DNA of 64,000 bases from Lentimicrobiaceae bacterium (lineage in GTDB: Bacteria > Bacteroidota > Bacteroidia > Bacteroidales > JAGONC01): NCBI GenBank assembly GCA_017993235.1, contig JAGONC010000014.1:7149-71148 (forward strand). Reading direction: 5' to 3'. A program made the position numbers and the translations under genes. The notes under the pieces were generated by a model that did no database searches, was not told where the DNA came from, and saw only the letters and a list, made by a program, of their open reading frames with translations. Below are positions 20,560 to 28,979 of the stretch, piece by piece (the first letter of the stretch is position 1; every line of letters starts with the position of its first letter).

Positions 20560-21449
20560 AATGATGCCGGATAAACTCCATGGTCGACCAGGTTTCGTAT
20601 ATTTTCAACGACTTTCTGCCGGTCCTCATGATAGGTCAGACCAAACCATCTTGCATGGGTTCTTATCACTTTCGCCTTGATCAGGTCACGCTGAAGCAGA
20701 TCGTTGATGACCGAAGGCAAGAGATACTCGGCTTTTGGGAGCGAGGAATTTTCTTTCAGGAATTCCCTGAATCCCTGGTCAAGGAAGTCAAACAGTCCGG
20801 TGGTAAATCCCCACATGTTCATCGAAACAATCGTATCCTCTTCGAGAGGATGATCCTGCTCATTCTCCCTGTAGACGATCCCATTTTCTGTTTTCAGGAT
20901 ATGGAAGCGTTCCTCGATCCCTTTCAGATAACCGTTGTTGTCAACCTGACATACTCCCCGGGTGACAGATCCGTGCTCAGAGAGTGTGTTTCGGACCAGG
21001 TATCCCATCAGGCAATAATCTTCCTTATTTTCCTGCTTTTCGAAAAACATGACCGCTTTCTGAAAAGATTCCAGACCATAGAAGTCATCGGCATTGATGG
21101 CGCAGAAGGGCGAATGGATATGATGCCGTGCTGTCCAGATGGCATGGCCGGTACCCCAGGGTTTCACCCTGTCGTCAGGACAGGTGAATCCGGCAGGAAG
21201 ATCATCCATCTCCTGAAAAATATAGCTTACAGGGATCTTCTTATCGAGCCGGTTAAAGATGACCTCCCTGAAATCCTTTTCTATATCCTTCCGGATAATG
21301 AATACGACACGTTCAAAACCGGATCTGAGGGCATCAAAGACAGAGTAGTCGAGGATGGTCTCCCCGGATGGTCCGATCCGGTCGATCTGTTTCAGGGTAC
21401 CATAACGGCTGCCAATCCCGGCTGCCATGATCAAAAGGATTGGTTTCAT
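20550..21449 (-). CDS. Sugar-1-phosphate nucleotidyltransferase
   Basis: N-terminal LIMAAGIGSRYG (GxGxR nucleotide-binding loop), 299 aa. Translationally coupled to the kinase. Confidence 0.75.
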   Translation of the reverse strand: MKPILLIMAAGIGSRYGTLKQIDRIGPSGETILDYSVFDALRSGFERVVFIIRKDIEKDFREVIFNRLDKKIPVSYIFQEMDDLPAGFTCPDDRVKPWGTGHAIWTARHHIHSPFCAINADDFYGLESFQKAVMFFEKQENKEDYCLMGYLVRNTLSEHGSVTRGVCQVDNNGYLKGIEERFHILKTENGIVYRENEQDHPLEEDTIVSMNMWGFTTGLFDFLDQGFREFLKENSSLPKAEYLLPSVINDLLQRDLIKAKVIRTHARWFGLTYHEDRQKVVENIRNLVDHGVYPASLWA

Positions 21450-21545
21450 GCAATGGTTTTTGTCAGGGTGGTAAAATTATTAAATAAATGGGATTTGATT
21501 GACGATTATGCGGTTTTAGCATTGATTTGCGTAACCGAAATCACC

Positions 21546-21767
21546 AACAATATGGCATCCCTTCGGGATTCTGTTGGATTGGATGATCATTTTGGACTAA
21601 CAATATGCCATCCCTTCGGGATTCTGTTGGATTGGATGATCATTTTGGCTAACAATATGCCATCCCTTCGGGATTCCATTTGGTTGCATTTCCTCATTAG
21701 ATCATGCTGGTTGGGAGTTCCGAAGGAACGACATATGGTTCCAACAGGATGCCATCCCTGGGATGAT
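21546..21767. repeat. REP-like palindromic element cluster
   Basis: Three tandem units (period 53 then 52 nt) start at 21546, 21599 and 21651 (AACAATATGSCATCCCTTCGGGATTC...). Each carries the hairpin ATCCC-ttc-GGGAT. Two further small hairpins follow: GTTCC-gaa-GGAAC at 21717-21729 and CATCCC-t-GGGATG near 21751. Confidence 0.7.
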
Positions 21768-21956
21768 AAATTTCAGTGGCAGGAAGGTTATGGTGCATTT
21801 TCTTATGCAAAATCACAAAAACAAAACGTGATCAACTATATTAAAAATCAGGAAGAGCACCATCGTAAGCGATCATTCCGGGATGAGTATATTGAACTAC
21901 TTGAGCGATATGAGATTCCTTACGACGAGAGATATATCTTTGATTTTAAAGAATGA
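21768..21956 (+). pseudogene. 3' remnant of a REP-associated tyrosine transposase (RAYT, IS200/IS605 Y1-like)
   Basis: KFQWQEGYGAFSYAKSQKQNVINYIKNQEEHHRKRSFRDEYIELLERYEIPYDERYIFDFKE matches only the last ~60 aa of Bacteroidota RAYT-like proteins. The catalytic N-terminal ~100 aa (HUH, Tyr) are absent and replaced by REP-like repeats. Confidence 0.7.
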
Positions 21957-21983
21957 ATCTGACCTGAGAAAGAATCCACCTGA

Positions 21984-23774
21984 TTATTCAATCCTTCTCC
22001 ACCATAAACGGAATAATACAAATCCTGATATCATAGAGATGCAGGTCAGAATCACGGCCATCAGGTAATTGGAATAGATCCAGTTTCCGGTGGCGAACAA
22101 CAGACTGTAAATAAAAATGCATCCCAGGACCATGGCCAGGATTCCTGCCGGGACATTCCATCTTGCGGGATCCGCCGGTTCGATGGAATCATTCTCCGCT
22201 GATGCATCCCGTACCACTTTCGCCCAACCTGGCCCTCCCGGCCTGACAAGCCGGTAAAAACTCCGTAAAGTATGACCATCGACCTGAGGTGTAAGATAGG
22301 TCACTCCAAGCCAGGCCAGTGTGGTGATAACAACACCCAGTACCAATTGAACAGAGGAGCTCAGTTGAGGTAATCCGGTCAGGGGATGCAGAAACTGAAA
22401 ATAAAGGGCTACGACAAACGAAACGATCATGGCCGTGATCTCACTGTACGCATTGATCCTCCACCAGAACCATCGCAGGATAAAGATGAGCCCGGTCCCC
22501 GCACCGATCTGTAACACAATATTGAATGCCTGCAGTGCATTGCTCAGTAATAGGGCAAACAGGAGAGCAGCAGCCGTCAGAACAAGCGTCGAAATCCTGC
22601 CAAGGAGCACCAGTTTTTTTTCACTTGCATCAGGATTGATGAAGCGCTGGTAGAAATCATGAACAATATAGGAAGAACCCCAGTTCAAATGGGTGGAAAT
22701 GGTCGACATATAGGCGGCAATGAGGGAGGCGACCACCAGTCCCAGGAAGCCGGCCGGCAGAAAACTAAGCATGGCAGGGTAGGCAAAATCATGTTTGACA
22801 AACTGGGGATCGGCCTTAGGAAAATAGGCCTGCAATGAGGCAAGATCCGGAAAAACGATAAGCGAGGCAAGGGCCACCAGGATCCAGGGCCATGGGCGTA
22901 GGGCATAATGCATCACATTGAAAAGTAGCGTAGCCCTGACAGCACCCGACTCAGACCTCGCAGCCAGCATCCGCTGGGCAATGTATCCCCCACCGCCCGG
23001 CTCAGCACCGGGATACCAGACGCTCCACCATTGCACGGCAAGGGGCAGGATCAGCAGGGTGATCAGGGCATCCCTGTCCGTGAAGTCAGGTAGCAAACTC
23101 AACCTGGGCACCACGGCAGGATGATGGATCATTTCGTTCAACCCGCCAACCTGCGGTAGATGGATGACATAGATCGCTGCGCCGATTGCACCGATCATGG
23201 CAACGCCAAACTGAAAGAAATCGGTTAGCAAAACACCCCGGAATCCCCCGAGCGTGCTGTAGACGGCCGTCAGGGACATGATGATGACCAGTGTTTTTAC
23301 CGGCGACCAGTTGAGCATCACCGCCCCGATCTTGATCATGGCCAGCGACACCAGTGCCATGATCAGTATATTGAACAAAACACCCAGATACAGTGCCCTG
23401 AAACCCCTGACAAAAGCAGCCATCTTTCCACTGTACCGGATCTCATAAAACTCCAGATCCGTAAGAATCCTGGATCGCCGCCACAGCTTTGCATAGATGA
23501 AAACGGTCAGCATCCCTGTCAGCAGGAACGCCCACCAGGCCCAGTTACCGGCCACACCTCTCTGCCGCACCAGATCGGTGACCAGATTAGGTGTGTCGCA
23601 TGAAAAGGTAGTGGCTACCATGGAAACACCCAGAAGCCACCAGGGCATGCTCCTTCCGCTCAGAAAAAACTCCGCATAGCTTTTTCCCGAGGTTCTGGAA
23701 GCAAACAATCCAATGATCAGTGAAAGAATAAAAAAACCAATAATGATGATCCAGTCGGACAACGATAAAATCAT
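21984..23774 (-). CDS. Sodium:solute symporter (SSS family) transporter
   Basis: About 13 predicted TM segments and an SSF-like pattern. The track start (TTG 23792) overlaps the upstream stop. An ATG at 23774 (MILSLSDWIIIIGFF...) is more plausible. Confidence 0.85.
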   Translation of the reverse strand: MILSLSDWIIIIGFFILSLIIGLFASRTSGKSYAEFFLSGRSMPWWLLGVSMVATTFSCDTPNLVTDLVRQRGVAGNWAWWAFLLTGMLTVFIYAKLWRRSRILTDLEFYEIRYSGKMAAFVRGFRALYLGVLFNILIMALVSLAMIKIGAVMLNWSPVKTLVIIMSLTAVYSTLGGFRGVLLTDFFQFGVAMIGAIGAAIYVIHLPQVGGLNEMIHHPAVVPRLSLLPDFTDRDALITLLILPLAVQWWSVWYPGAEPGGGGYIAQRMLAARSESGAVRATLLFNVMHYALRPWPWILVALASLIVFPDLASLQAYFPKADPQFVKHDFAYPAMLSFLPAGFLGLVVASLIAAYMSTISTHLNWGSSYIVHDFYQRFINPDASEKKLVLLGRISTLVLTAAALLFALLLSNALQAFNIVLQIGAGTGLIFILRWFWWRINAYSEITAMIVSFVVALYFQFLHPLTGLPQLSSSVQLVLGVVITTLAWLGVTYLTPQVDGHTLRSFYRLVRPGGPGWAKVVRDASAENDSIEPADPARWNVPAGILAMVLGCIFIYSLLFATGNWIYSNYLMAVILTCISMISGFVLFRLWWRRIE

Positions 23775-23784
23775 ACCAGGGAAC

Positions 23785-26472
23785 TTATTCAATAATCACT
23801 TCGTCACTGAAGATCCAGGCAGGTTTTCCGCTGCCCTTATGCCAGGGAGGGCACAAGCCCGGACTTCTAGCCTTTATCCTGATAAATTGCGCCTGGATCC
23901 CATCAAAGGAGGCCGTGTAATCCATGACCAGCCTGGAACCCTGACTGGCCGCACTCTTATTGCTGATCGTGGTAGACTTGACCTCATCCGAACCGTCGAG
24001 CGACAGGCTGAAGGTGACCTCAAGCGGAAGGAAGATCCAGACTCCCTGATCCTGAAGAAATCCTGCTGTGACTTTATTCACTGGCATGATGCTGCCCAGG
24101 TTGATGGTCACTTCCATATCTTTCTTCAGAAATCCCTGCCAGCTGCCGTCCTTGTAATGAGTGGTCCCACGTTTGCCATCCAGCAGCGCCAGTTCACCTC
24201 CCCCGGTGTAGAGACTGGAATAACTGTTTGTATACTCCAGGGACATGCCGGTGCCTTTATGCACCAGCATTTCCGATTCGGTGTAACCATCCTGCTTTCC
24301 GTCAATGAAAACAGCTGCTTTCAATATGCAGGATTCCCCGATCATGAATGGCCCTGTATAAATGCCTGACAGGGTATCGGGAACCGTTTCGTCCAGGGTA
24401 TACCTGATCTCATCAACCTCACGGGGAGACGATAGTTCCACCTGCAGTCCCTTCTCACCCGGGATCGTTCTGGATTGAATGATGATGTCAGGAATCACCT
24501 CCAACAGGTCAAACCAGGCGGTTCCTCTCGAAATCAACTCAATAGCAGGATTCAGATGGATCAGTTTCCATTCACTGACTGCCGGGACAACAAAGGAATA
24601 GTGCCTCCATTCACCATCCAGATCGAACACCTTTGAAGCATCACCCAGTGACATCCTGAATTGCATCAGGTTGGCCGGCTGTTTCTTCTTAAAAGACAGC
24701 TTCCGGAAGAAACTTTTCTTTTCTTCGATACGGATCTCCTTACCCGCTTTGGCCCAAACAGAACAGGAATATGTCTGGCCAGTCCGTAACTGCACCGGGT
24801 AGAACGAAAGCTGGACACCCTGGTCGTTCTCAGGGGTCACAAGCTTCAGGGATCTGTAACCCTGGTAGGAGGTTCGCGAATCGGTAAAATAGGTGGCTCC
24901 GCGGTCACCTTCCCGTCCTGCATAACATGCCGAGGGAATACCGGGTTCCTGATTTTCTTCAAAGCCGGGATCGACCGTCAGGTTGAACGGATGGATGTTA
25001 TCCGCAGGATCCGACAGGGCGTCCGTGGTTATTTTATAGACCCTTGTTCCATAGCCATCAATGATATCCTTAAGAACACCCTTGTTCAGAACGATTTTTC
25101 TGTTCTCATACAGGACATCCGCTTCGCCTGAAGCAGGGATTTGATCCAGTTTGATCTCATAGGTCAGGGGAGCTGGATTCGTATTGACCGCAATGACCAG
25201 GGTTTCTCCTTCCTGTACCCAGGCACCGGCTTGAATGTCTTTAGTCGAAGCGATCAGGCTGAGGTAGTTATTTGCATAATAAAAGTAAGGAGTCAGATCA
25301 GCCACCTCCAGAGCGATGGAGCCGCATTCCGCCCACATGGCCTGTGACTTGGGGAACCTGTTGAGCCCATGCCGGATAAAATACTGGATACCTGAAGCAT
25401 GGTTGACAATGGCAAGGTAGGTCATCACCCTGATTTCACGCTGTGTCGGTTCTCTTTTCCACCATTCGGCTCCTCCGAAGGCCTGGGGAACGATCCAGAC
25501 AGGTTTTTCCGGATAAAAAGCGTCATACAGCATACCGGCCCATTCCGCAACTTCGGTGACAGGGGAGTTGGGGACAGGATACGGATCGGCCATCACAATG
25601 TCACAAACATCCTTGTACTCCATAGCTTTGGATGGAGTCATCAACACAATGGTTATCGGATGGTAGGGGTCAAGCTCCCTGATCGTCCGGTATGTATCTG
25701 CAAGGTTTTCAGGGGGTACGTCCTGTCCGTCGGGTTCGTCTGCAATATACCAGGCCAGCAGTGCAGGATGATCCCTGAAAGCCAGGACTTCATCCGTGAG
25801 CATCTGCTTCCTTTCCTCCATAGAAGTTTCGTTATCCCTGGCATCCTTCACCCCTCCTCCTCCGGCGACAGATAAAAGCTGGTAATGAACTTTCATTCCC
25901 AGCACCGCACACCGGTCCATGTAAGCTTTCCGCTCACCAATGGTCTTTTCTCCTATGCGCTGATAGGGGGAGATCATATTGAATCCCTTTACGACCTCCT
26001 CTTCGGGAAGAGTGGCCGAAACCGGGGTCCGGCAATAAAATCCGAAAGGGAAGAAAGGCATTCCATCCACCTGAAGTCCACCGCTGAAATGATCGATCTT
26101 TACCTCATTCGACTTCCAGGGTAATCTTCGGATCTCAACAGTAGCTGAATCCAACGGTTTTTCCTTTAAATTAAAAATACACAGAAGGGTATCCTCACCC
26201 TCACGGAAGTTCTGTAACCTGAAAGGCACCAGTTCCGCCGTTATATCTTTCTGAACCAAATATCCTTTGACCAGTGATCTTCCGTGATGCATAAGGTCGA
26301 TCGATACATTCTCAGAGCGAAACACATCCGGTACCACGACCAGGACATGCCCTGATGTCTCCATGGTATAGTAGCTGAGCCGGCTGATGGCTTTAAACCC
26401 ATCATTTCCGGCATTAAGCTGCATGGAAAGGATGAAAAGTGAAATGATTGAAAATGGGAAATGAGGTTTCAT
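23785..26472 (-). CDS. Secreted glycoside hydrolase (TIM-barrel-like catalytic region, family not assignable by eye) with Chb/Hex C-terminal and F5/8-type-C-like modules
   Basis: ATG at 26472 gives the signal peptide MKPHFPFSIISLFILSMQLNAG. The central FRDHPALLAWYIADEPDG motif is typical of clan GH-A-like enzymes. The C-terminal ~250 aa are paralogous to the GH20 C-terminus. Confidence 0.7.
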   Translation of the reverse strand: MKPHFPFSIISLFILSMQLNAGNDGFKAISRLSYYTMETSGHVLVVVPDVFRSENVSIDLMHHGRSLVKGYLVQKDITAELVPFRLQNFREGEDTLLCIFNLKEKPLDSATVEIRRLPWKSNEVKIDHFSGGLQVDGMPFFPFGFYCRTPVSATLPEEEVVKGFNMISPYQRIGEKTIGERKAYMDRCAVLGMKVHYQLLSVAGGGGVKDARDNETSMEERKQMLTDEVLAFRDHPALLAWYIADEPDGQDVPPENLADTYRTIRELDPYHPITIVLMTPSKAMEYKDVCDIVMADPYPVPNSPVTEVAEWAGMLYDAFYPEKPVWIVPQAFGGAEWWKREPTQREIRVMTYLAIVNHASGIQYFIRHGLNRFPKSQAMWAECGSIALEVADLTPYFYYANNYLSLIASTKDIQAGAWVQEGETLVIAVNTNPAPLTYEIKLDQIPASGEADVLYENRKIVLNKGVLKDIIDGYGTRVYKITTDALSDPADNIHPFNLTVDPGFEENQEPGIPSACYAGREGDRGATYFTDSRTSYQGYRSLKLVTPENDQGVQLSFYPVQLRTGQTYSCSVWAKAGKEIRIEEKKSFFRKLSFKKKQPANLMQFRMSLGDASKVFDLDGEWRHYSFVVPAVSEWKLIHLNPAIELISRGTAWFDLLEVIPDIIIQSRTIPGEKGLQVELSSPREVDEIRYTLDETVPDTLSGIYTGPFMIGESCILKAAVFIDGKQDGYTESEMLVHKGTGMSLEYTNSYSSLYTGGGELALLDGKRGTTHYKDGSWQGFLKKDMEVTINLGSIMPVNKVTAGFLQDQGVWIFLPLEVTFSLSLDGSDEVKSTTISNKSAASQGSRLVMDYTASFDGIQAQFIRIKARSPGLCPPWHKGSGKPAWIFSDEVIIE

Positions 26473-26477
26473 GATAT

Positions 26478-28880
26478 TCAATTGATGATGATCTCATCGG
26501 CAAAGATCCAGGCCTTTTCTCCGGCGCCCGGATGCCCTGGCGGGCAAACACCCCTGTTTTCAGCAATGATCTTTATATACCTTGCGGGTATTTTACCGGT
26601 ATCCACTGAAAAATCCCTGATGATAACTCCTTCATCTTCAGGAGAAACCGGATTATGAACGGTAAATCGTTTCCAGGATTGATTATCCGAAGAAACATCG
26701 ACCTGAACACTTACCGGTAAAAATATCCAGCTCCAGGTATGCTGCAGAAATCCTGTGGACACCGTCTGAACGGTATCCAGTCTGCCCAGGTCGATCATCA
26801 CTTCCAGGTTGTCACCATAAAATCCCTGCCAGTAACCATCACCGAACCTTTCCGATCCCCTGATTCCATCCGCCAGGGTAATAGAAGCCATGCCCGGATA
26901 CCGGTTATTCCAAGTGGTTTCATAACGGACCTGTTTACCCGTCGCCTTGTGAATGATGATCTTCTTTTCCGTGGGTCGTTCCCTCATGGAATCTCCTTCA
27001 AACACCACAGCCCGAACCTGGGCTGAAGAATCCAGCGTGATGGGTGTGGTGTAAAGAGATGAATTTTTTGAAGGAAGAGACCCATCCAGTGTATACCGGA
27101 TCTCCGGTTTGAACTGTTCACTGCTTAGTTCCACCTGTATTCCTCCTGAAGTAGAGTCAGTTGCAGTAAAAATATTCACAGCAAATGATCCCCTGCTGTA
27201 GTTGACCTTCAGCTGTTTGAACCGTTGAAACTGTTTTTGAAGGCGTTCATTGAACCCATCCCAGTTTCTGTTTTCCTTTGATGACCAGAGCACTTCCGAG
27301 AGGGCTGTCATCCGTGGCAGTGCCATATAGGTTACATGTTCGGTGCTTTGGATGAATTCTGCCCATACATTCCCCTGGCCCCCCAGTACAAATCCCGCTT
27401 GTTCAGGCGTCAGCTCGGGAGGGGTAGGTTCAAAGGAGTAGACCCGTTTCAGCGTGACGAATCCTCCGATTGACATAGGTTGAAAATCCGGATCGGCCTG
27501 ATAATAATCCAAATAGCAGTAAGAGGTAGGGCACATGATCACATGGTGCCCCTGCGAAGCAGCTGCGATACCCCCTTCAAAGCCCCTCCATGACATCACG
27601 GTTGCCTCGGGGGCCAGGCCTCCCTCCAGGATCTCATCCCACCCAATCAGCTTACGGCCATTTCCGCTCAGGAACTTCTCAACCCGCTTTACGAAATAGC
27701 TCTGAAGTTCCTTTACATCCTTCAGACCTTCATCCTGGATCCGTTTCTGGCATTTTGGGCATTTCTCCCACTGGGTCCTGTCGGCTTCATCGCCGCCAAT
27801 ATGAATGCAGGGTGAGGGGAATAGGGCCATCACTTCGGTGAGGACATCCTCAATAAAGGTAAATACAGAATCATTCCCGGCACAGTATATATCGTTGTTG
27901 GGCCAGTAAGAGCCCGGCTGGACAAACAGACGCTCGCCTCTGCAGGAAAGCTGAGGATAGGCTGCGAAAACCTCGCAGGAATGACCCGGCATTTCAATCT
28001 CAGGAAGGACAGTGATGTGCCGCTGACGGGCATATTCAACGACTTCCCTGATCTGGTCCTGGGTATAATACCCTCCGTAGGTGGCCTGTTCCCCTGGTGC
28101 CGGCGGCGTCCGGTCATTCCAGGGTTGATTTTCACGGTCAACACGCCAGGCCGAAATATCGGTAAGCAGAGGATATTTTTTGATCTCGATTCTCCAGCCA
28201 TTATCATCGGTCAGATGCCAGTGAAACACGTTCATCTTATGCATAGCGATCAGGTCAATGTATCTTTTCACAAACTCGACCGGAAAGAAATGCCGCGACA
28301 CATCCAGGTGCATACCCCGCCAGGAATACCGTGGACTATCCATGATGTGGACGGCTGGAACAGCCCATTGTTTATCAGCAATAACCTGGTCCCCAAAGAT
28401 TTCTGCCGGTAAAAGCTGCAACAGTGTCTGGATGCCGTAAAAGATTCCGGTATTCGTAAGTGCCTTGATCCGGATCCCCTTTTCTTCTACCCGAAGATCG
28501 TATCCCTCATTACCCAGTGACTGCACGGATTCATCCAGCATAAGCAGAATAGCATTCTTCCCTGTGACGCGGTCATCCTGCCTCTCCCCTTCTGTTTCCT
28601 GTAACTTATAACTTGCGACCTGCAACCTGTAACCTGTAACATTTGCAATGAAATCCGTCAGGTACTCCGCATCCTGCATAAGGAGGGGATTCTCACCACA
28701 GACCAGGATCCTGGTTCCGGATCTGAGCTGGAAACACCCTTCCCCGGGCTCGGTCAACGTCGGTTGAGGAATGACGGAAACGGATTCCGGAATGCATTCC
28801 TGATCATGACAGGATAGAAAAAGAAAAGATCCACACAGTGTGAAAAAGATCCCAAAAGCAAGTCCCGAAAATTTTTTCAT
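26478..28880 (-). CDS. GH20 beta-N-acetylhexosaminidase
   Basis: FHWHLTDDNGWRIEIKKYP and HIGGDEA (catalytic D-E pair). Lipoprotein-type signal peptide (FLFLSC). C-terminal carbohydrate-binding-like modules. Confidence 0.92.
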   Translation of the reverse strand: MKKFSGLAFGIFFTLCGSFLFLSCHDQECIPESVSVIPQPTLTEPGEGCFQLRSGTRILVCGENPLLMQDAEYLTDFIANVTGYRLQVASYKLQETEGERQDDRVTGKNAILLMLDESVQSLGNEGYDLRVEEKGIRIKALTNTGIFYGIQTLLQLLPAEIFGDQVIADKQWAVPAVHIMDSPRYSWRGMHLDVSRHFFPVEFVKRYIDLIAMHKMNVFHWHLTDDNGWRIEIKKYPLLTDISAWRVDRENQPWNDRTPPAPGEQATYGGYYTQDQIREVVEYARQRHITVLPEIEMPGHSCEVFAAYPQLSCRGERLFVQPGSYWPNNDIYCAGNDSVFTFIEDVLTEVMALFPSPCIHIGGDEADRTQWEKCPKCQKRIQDEGLKDVKELQSYFVKRVEKFLSGNGRKLIGWDEILEGGLAPEATVMSWRGFEGGIAAASQGHHVIMCPTSYCYLDYYQADPDFQPMSIGGFVTLKRVYSFEPTPPELTPEQAGFVLGGQGNVWAEFIQSTEHVTYMALPRMTALSEVLWSSKENRNWDGFNERLQKQFQRFKQLKVNYSRGSFAVNIFTATDSTSGGIQVELSSEQFKPEIRYTLDGSLPSKNSSLYTTPITLDSSAQVRAVVFEGDSMRERPTEKKIIIHKATGKQVRYETTWNNRYPGMASITLADGIRGSERFGDGYWQGFYGDNLEVMIDLGRLDTVQTVSTGFLQHTWSWIFLPVSVQVDVSSDNQSWKRFTVHNPVSPEDEGVIIRDFSVDTGKIPARYIKIIAENRGVCPPGHPGAGEKAWIFADEIIIN
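28599..28640. repeat. In-frame 6 x 7-nt tandem array inside GH20
   Basis: CTGTAAC TTATAAC TTGCGAC CTGCAAC CTGTAAC CTGTAAC. The 42 nt encode VTGYRLQVASYKLQ on the minus strand. Confidence 0.85.
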
Positions 28881-28911
28881 ACGCTGATTTTAACGATGAA
28901 TAAAAGATGAT

Positions 28912-28939
28912 GTTCCGGGAATCATTTTCTTTCCGGAAC
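28912..28939 (-). terminator. Candidate terminator hairpin after the acyl-CoA ligase gene
   Basis: GTTCCGG-(14 nt)-CCGGAAC, a 7-bp stem, between the ligase stop (28980) and the GH20 start (28880). Confidence 0.35.
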
Positions 28940-28979
28940 CTGTTGGGCAAAATAACAAATTTTTCGGGAACTTTCCGGA

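Noticed and set aside
20580-21767. Long + strand ORF (458 aa in the track) running antisense through the nucleotidyltransferase gene
   Set aside because: The first ~395 aa have no protein-like motifs and lie antisense to a well-supported gene and then across REP repeats. Only the last 62 codons (21768-21956) resemble a real protein (a RAYT remnant).
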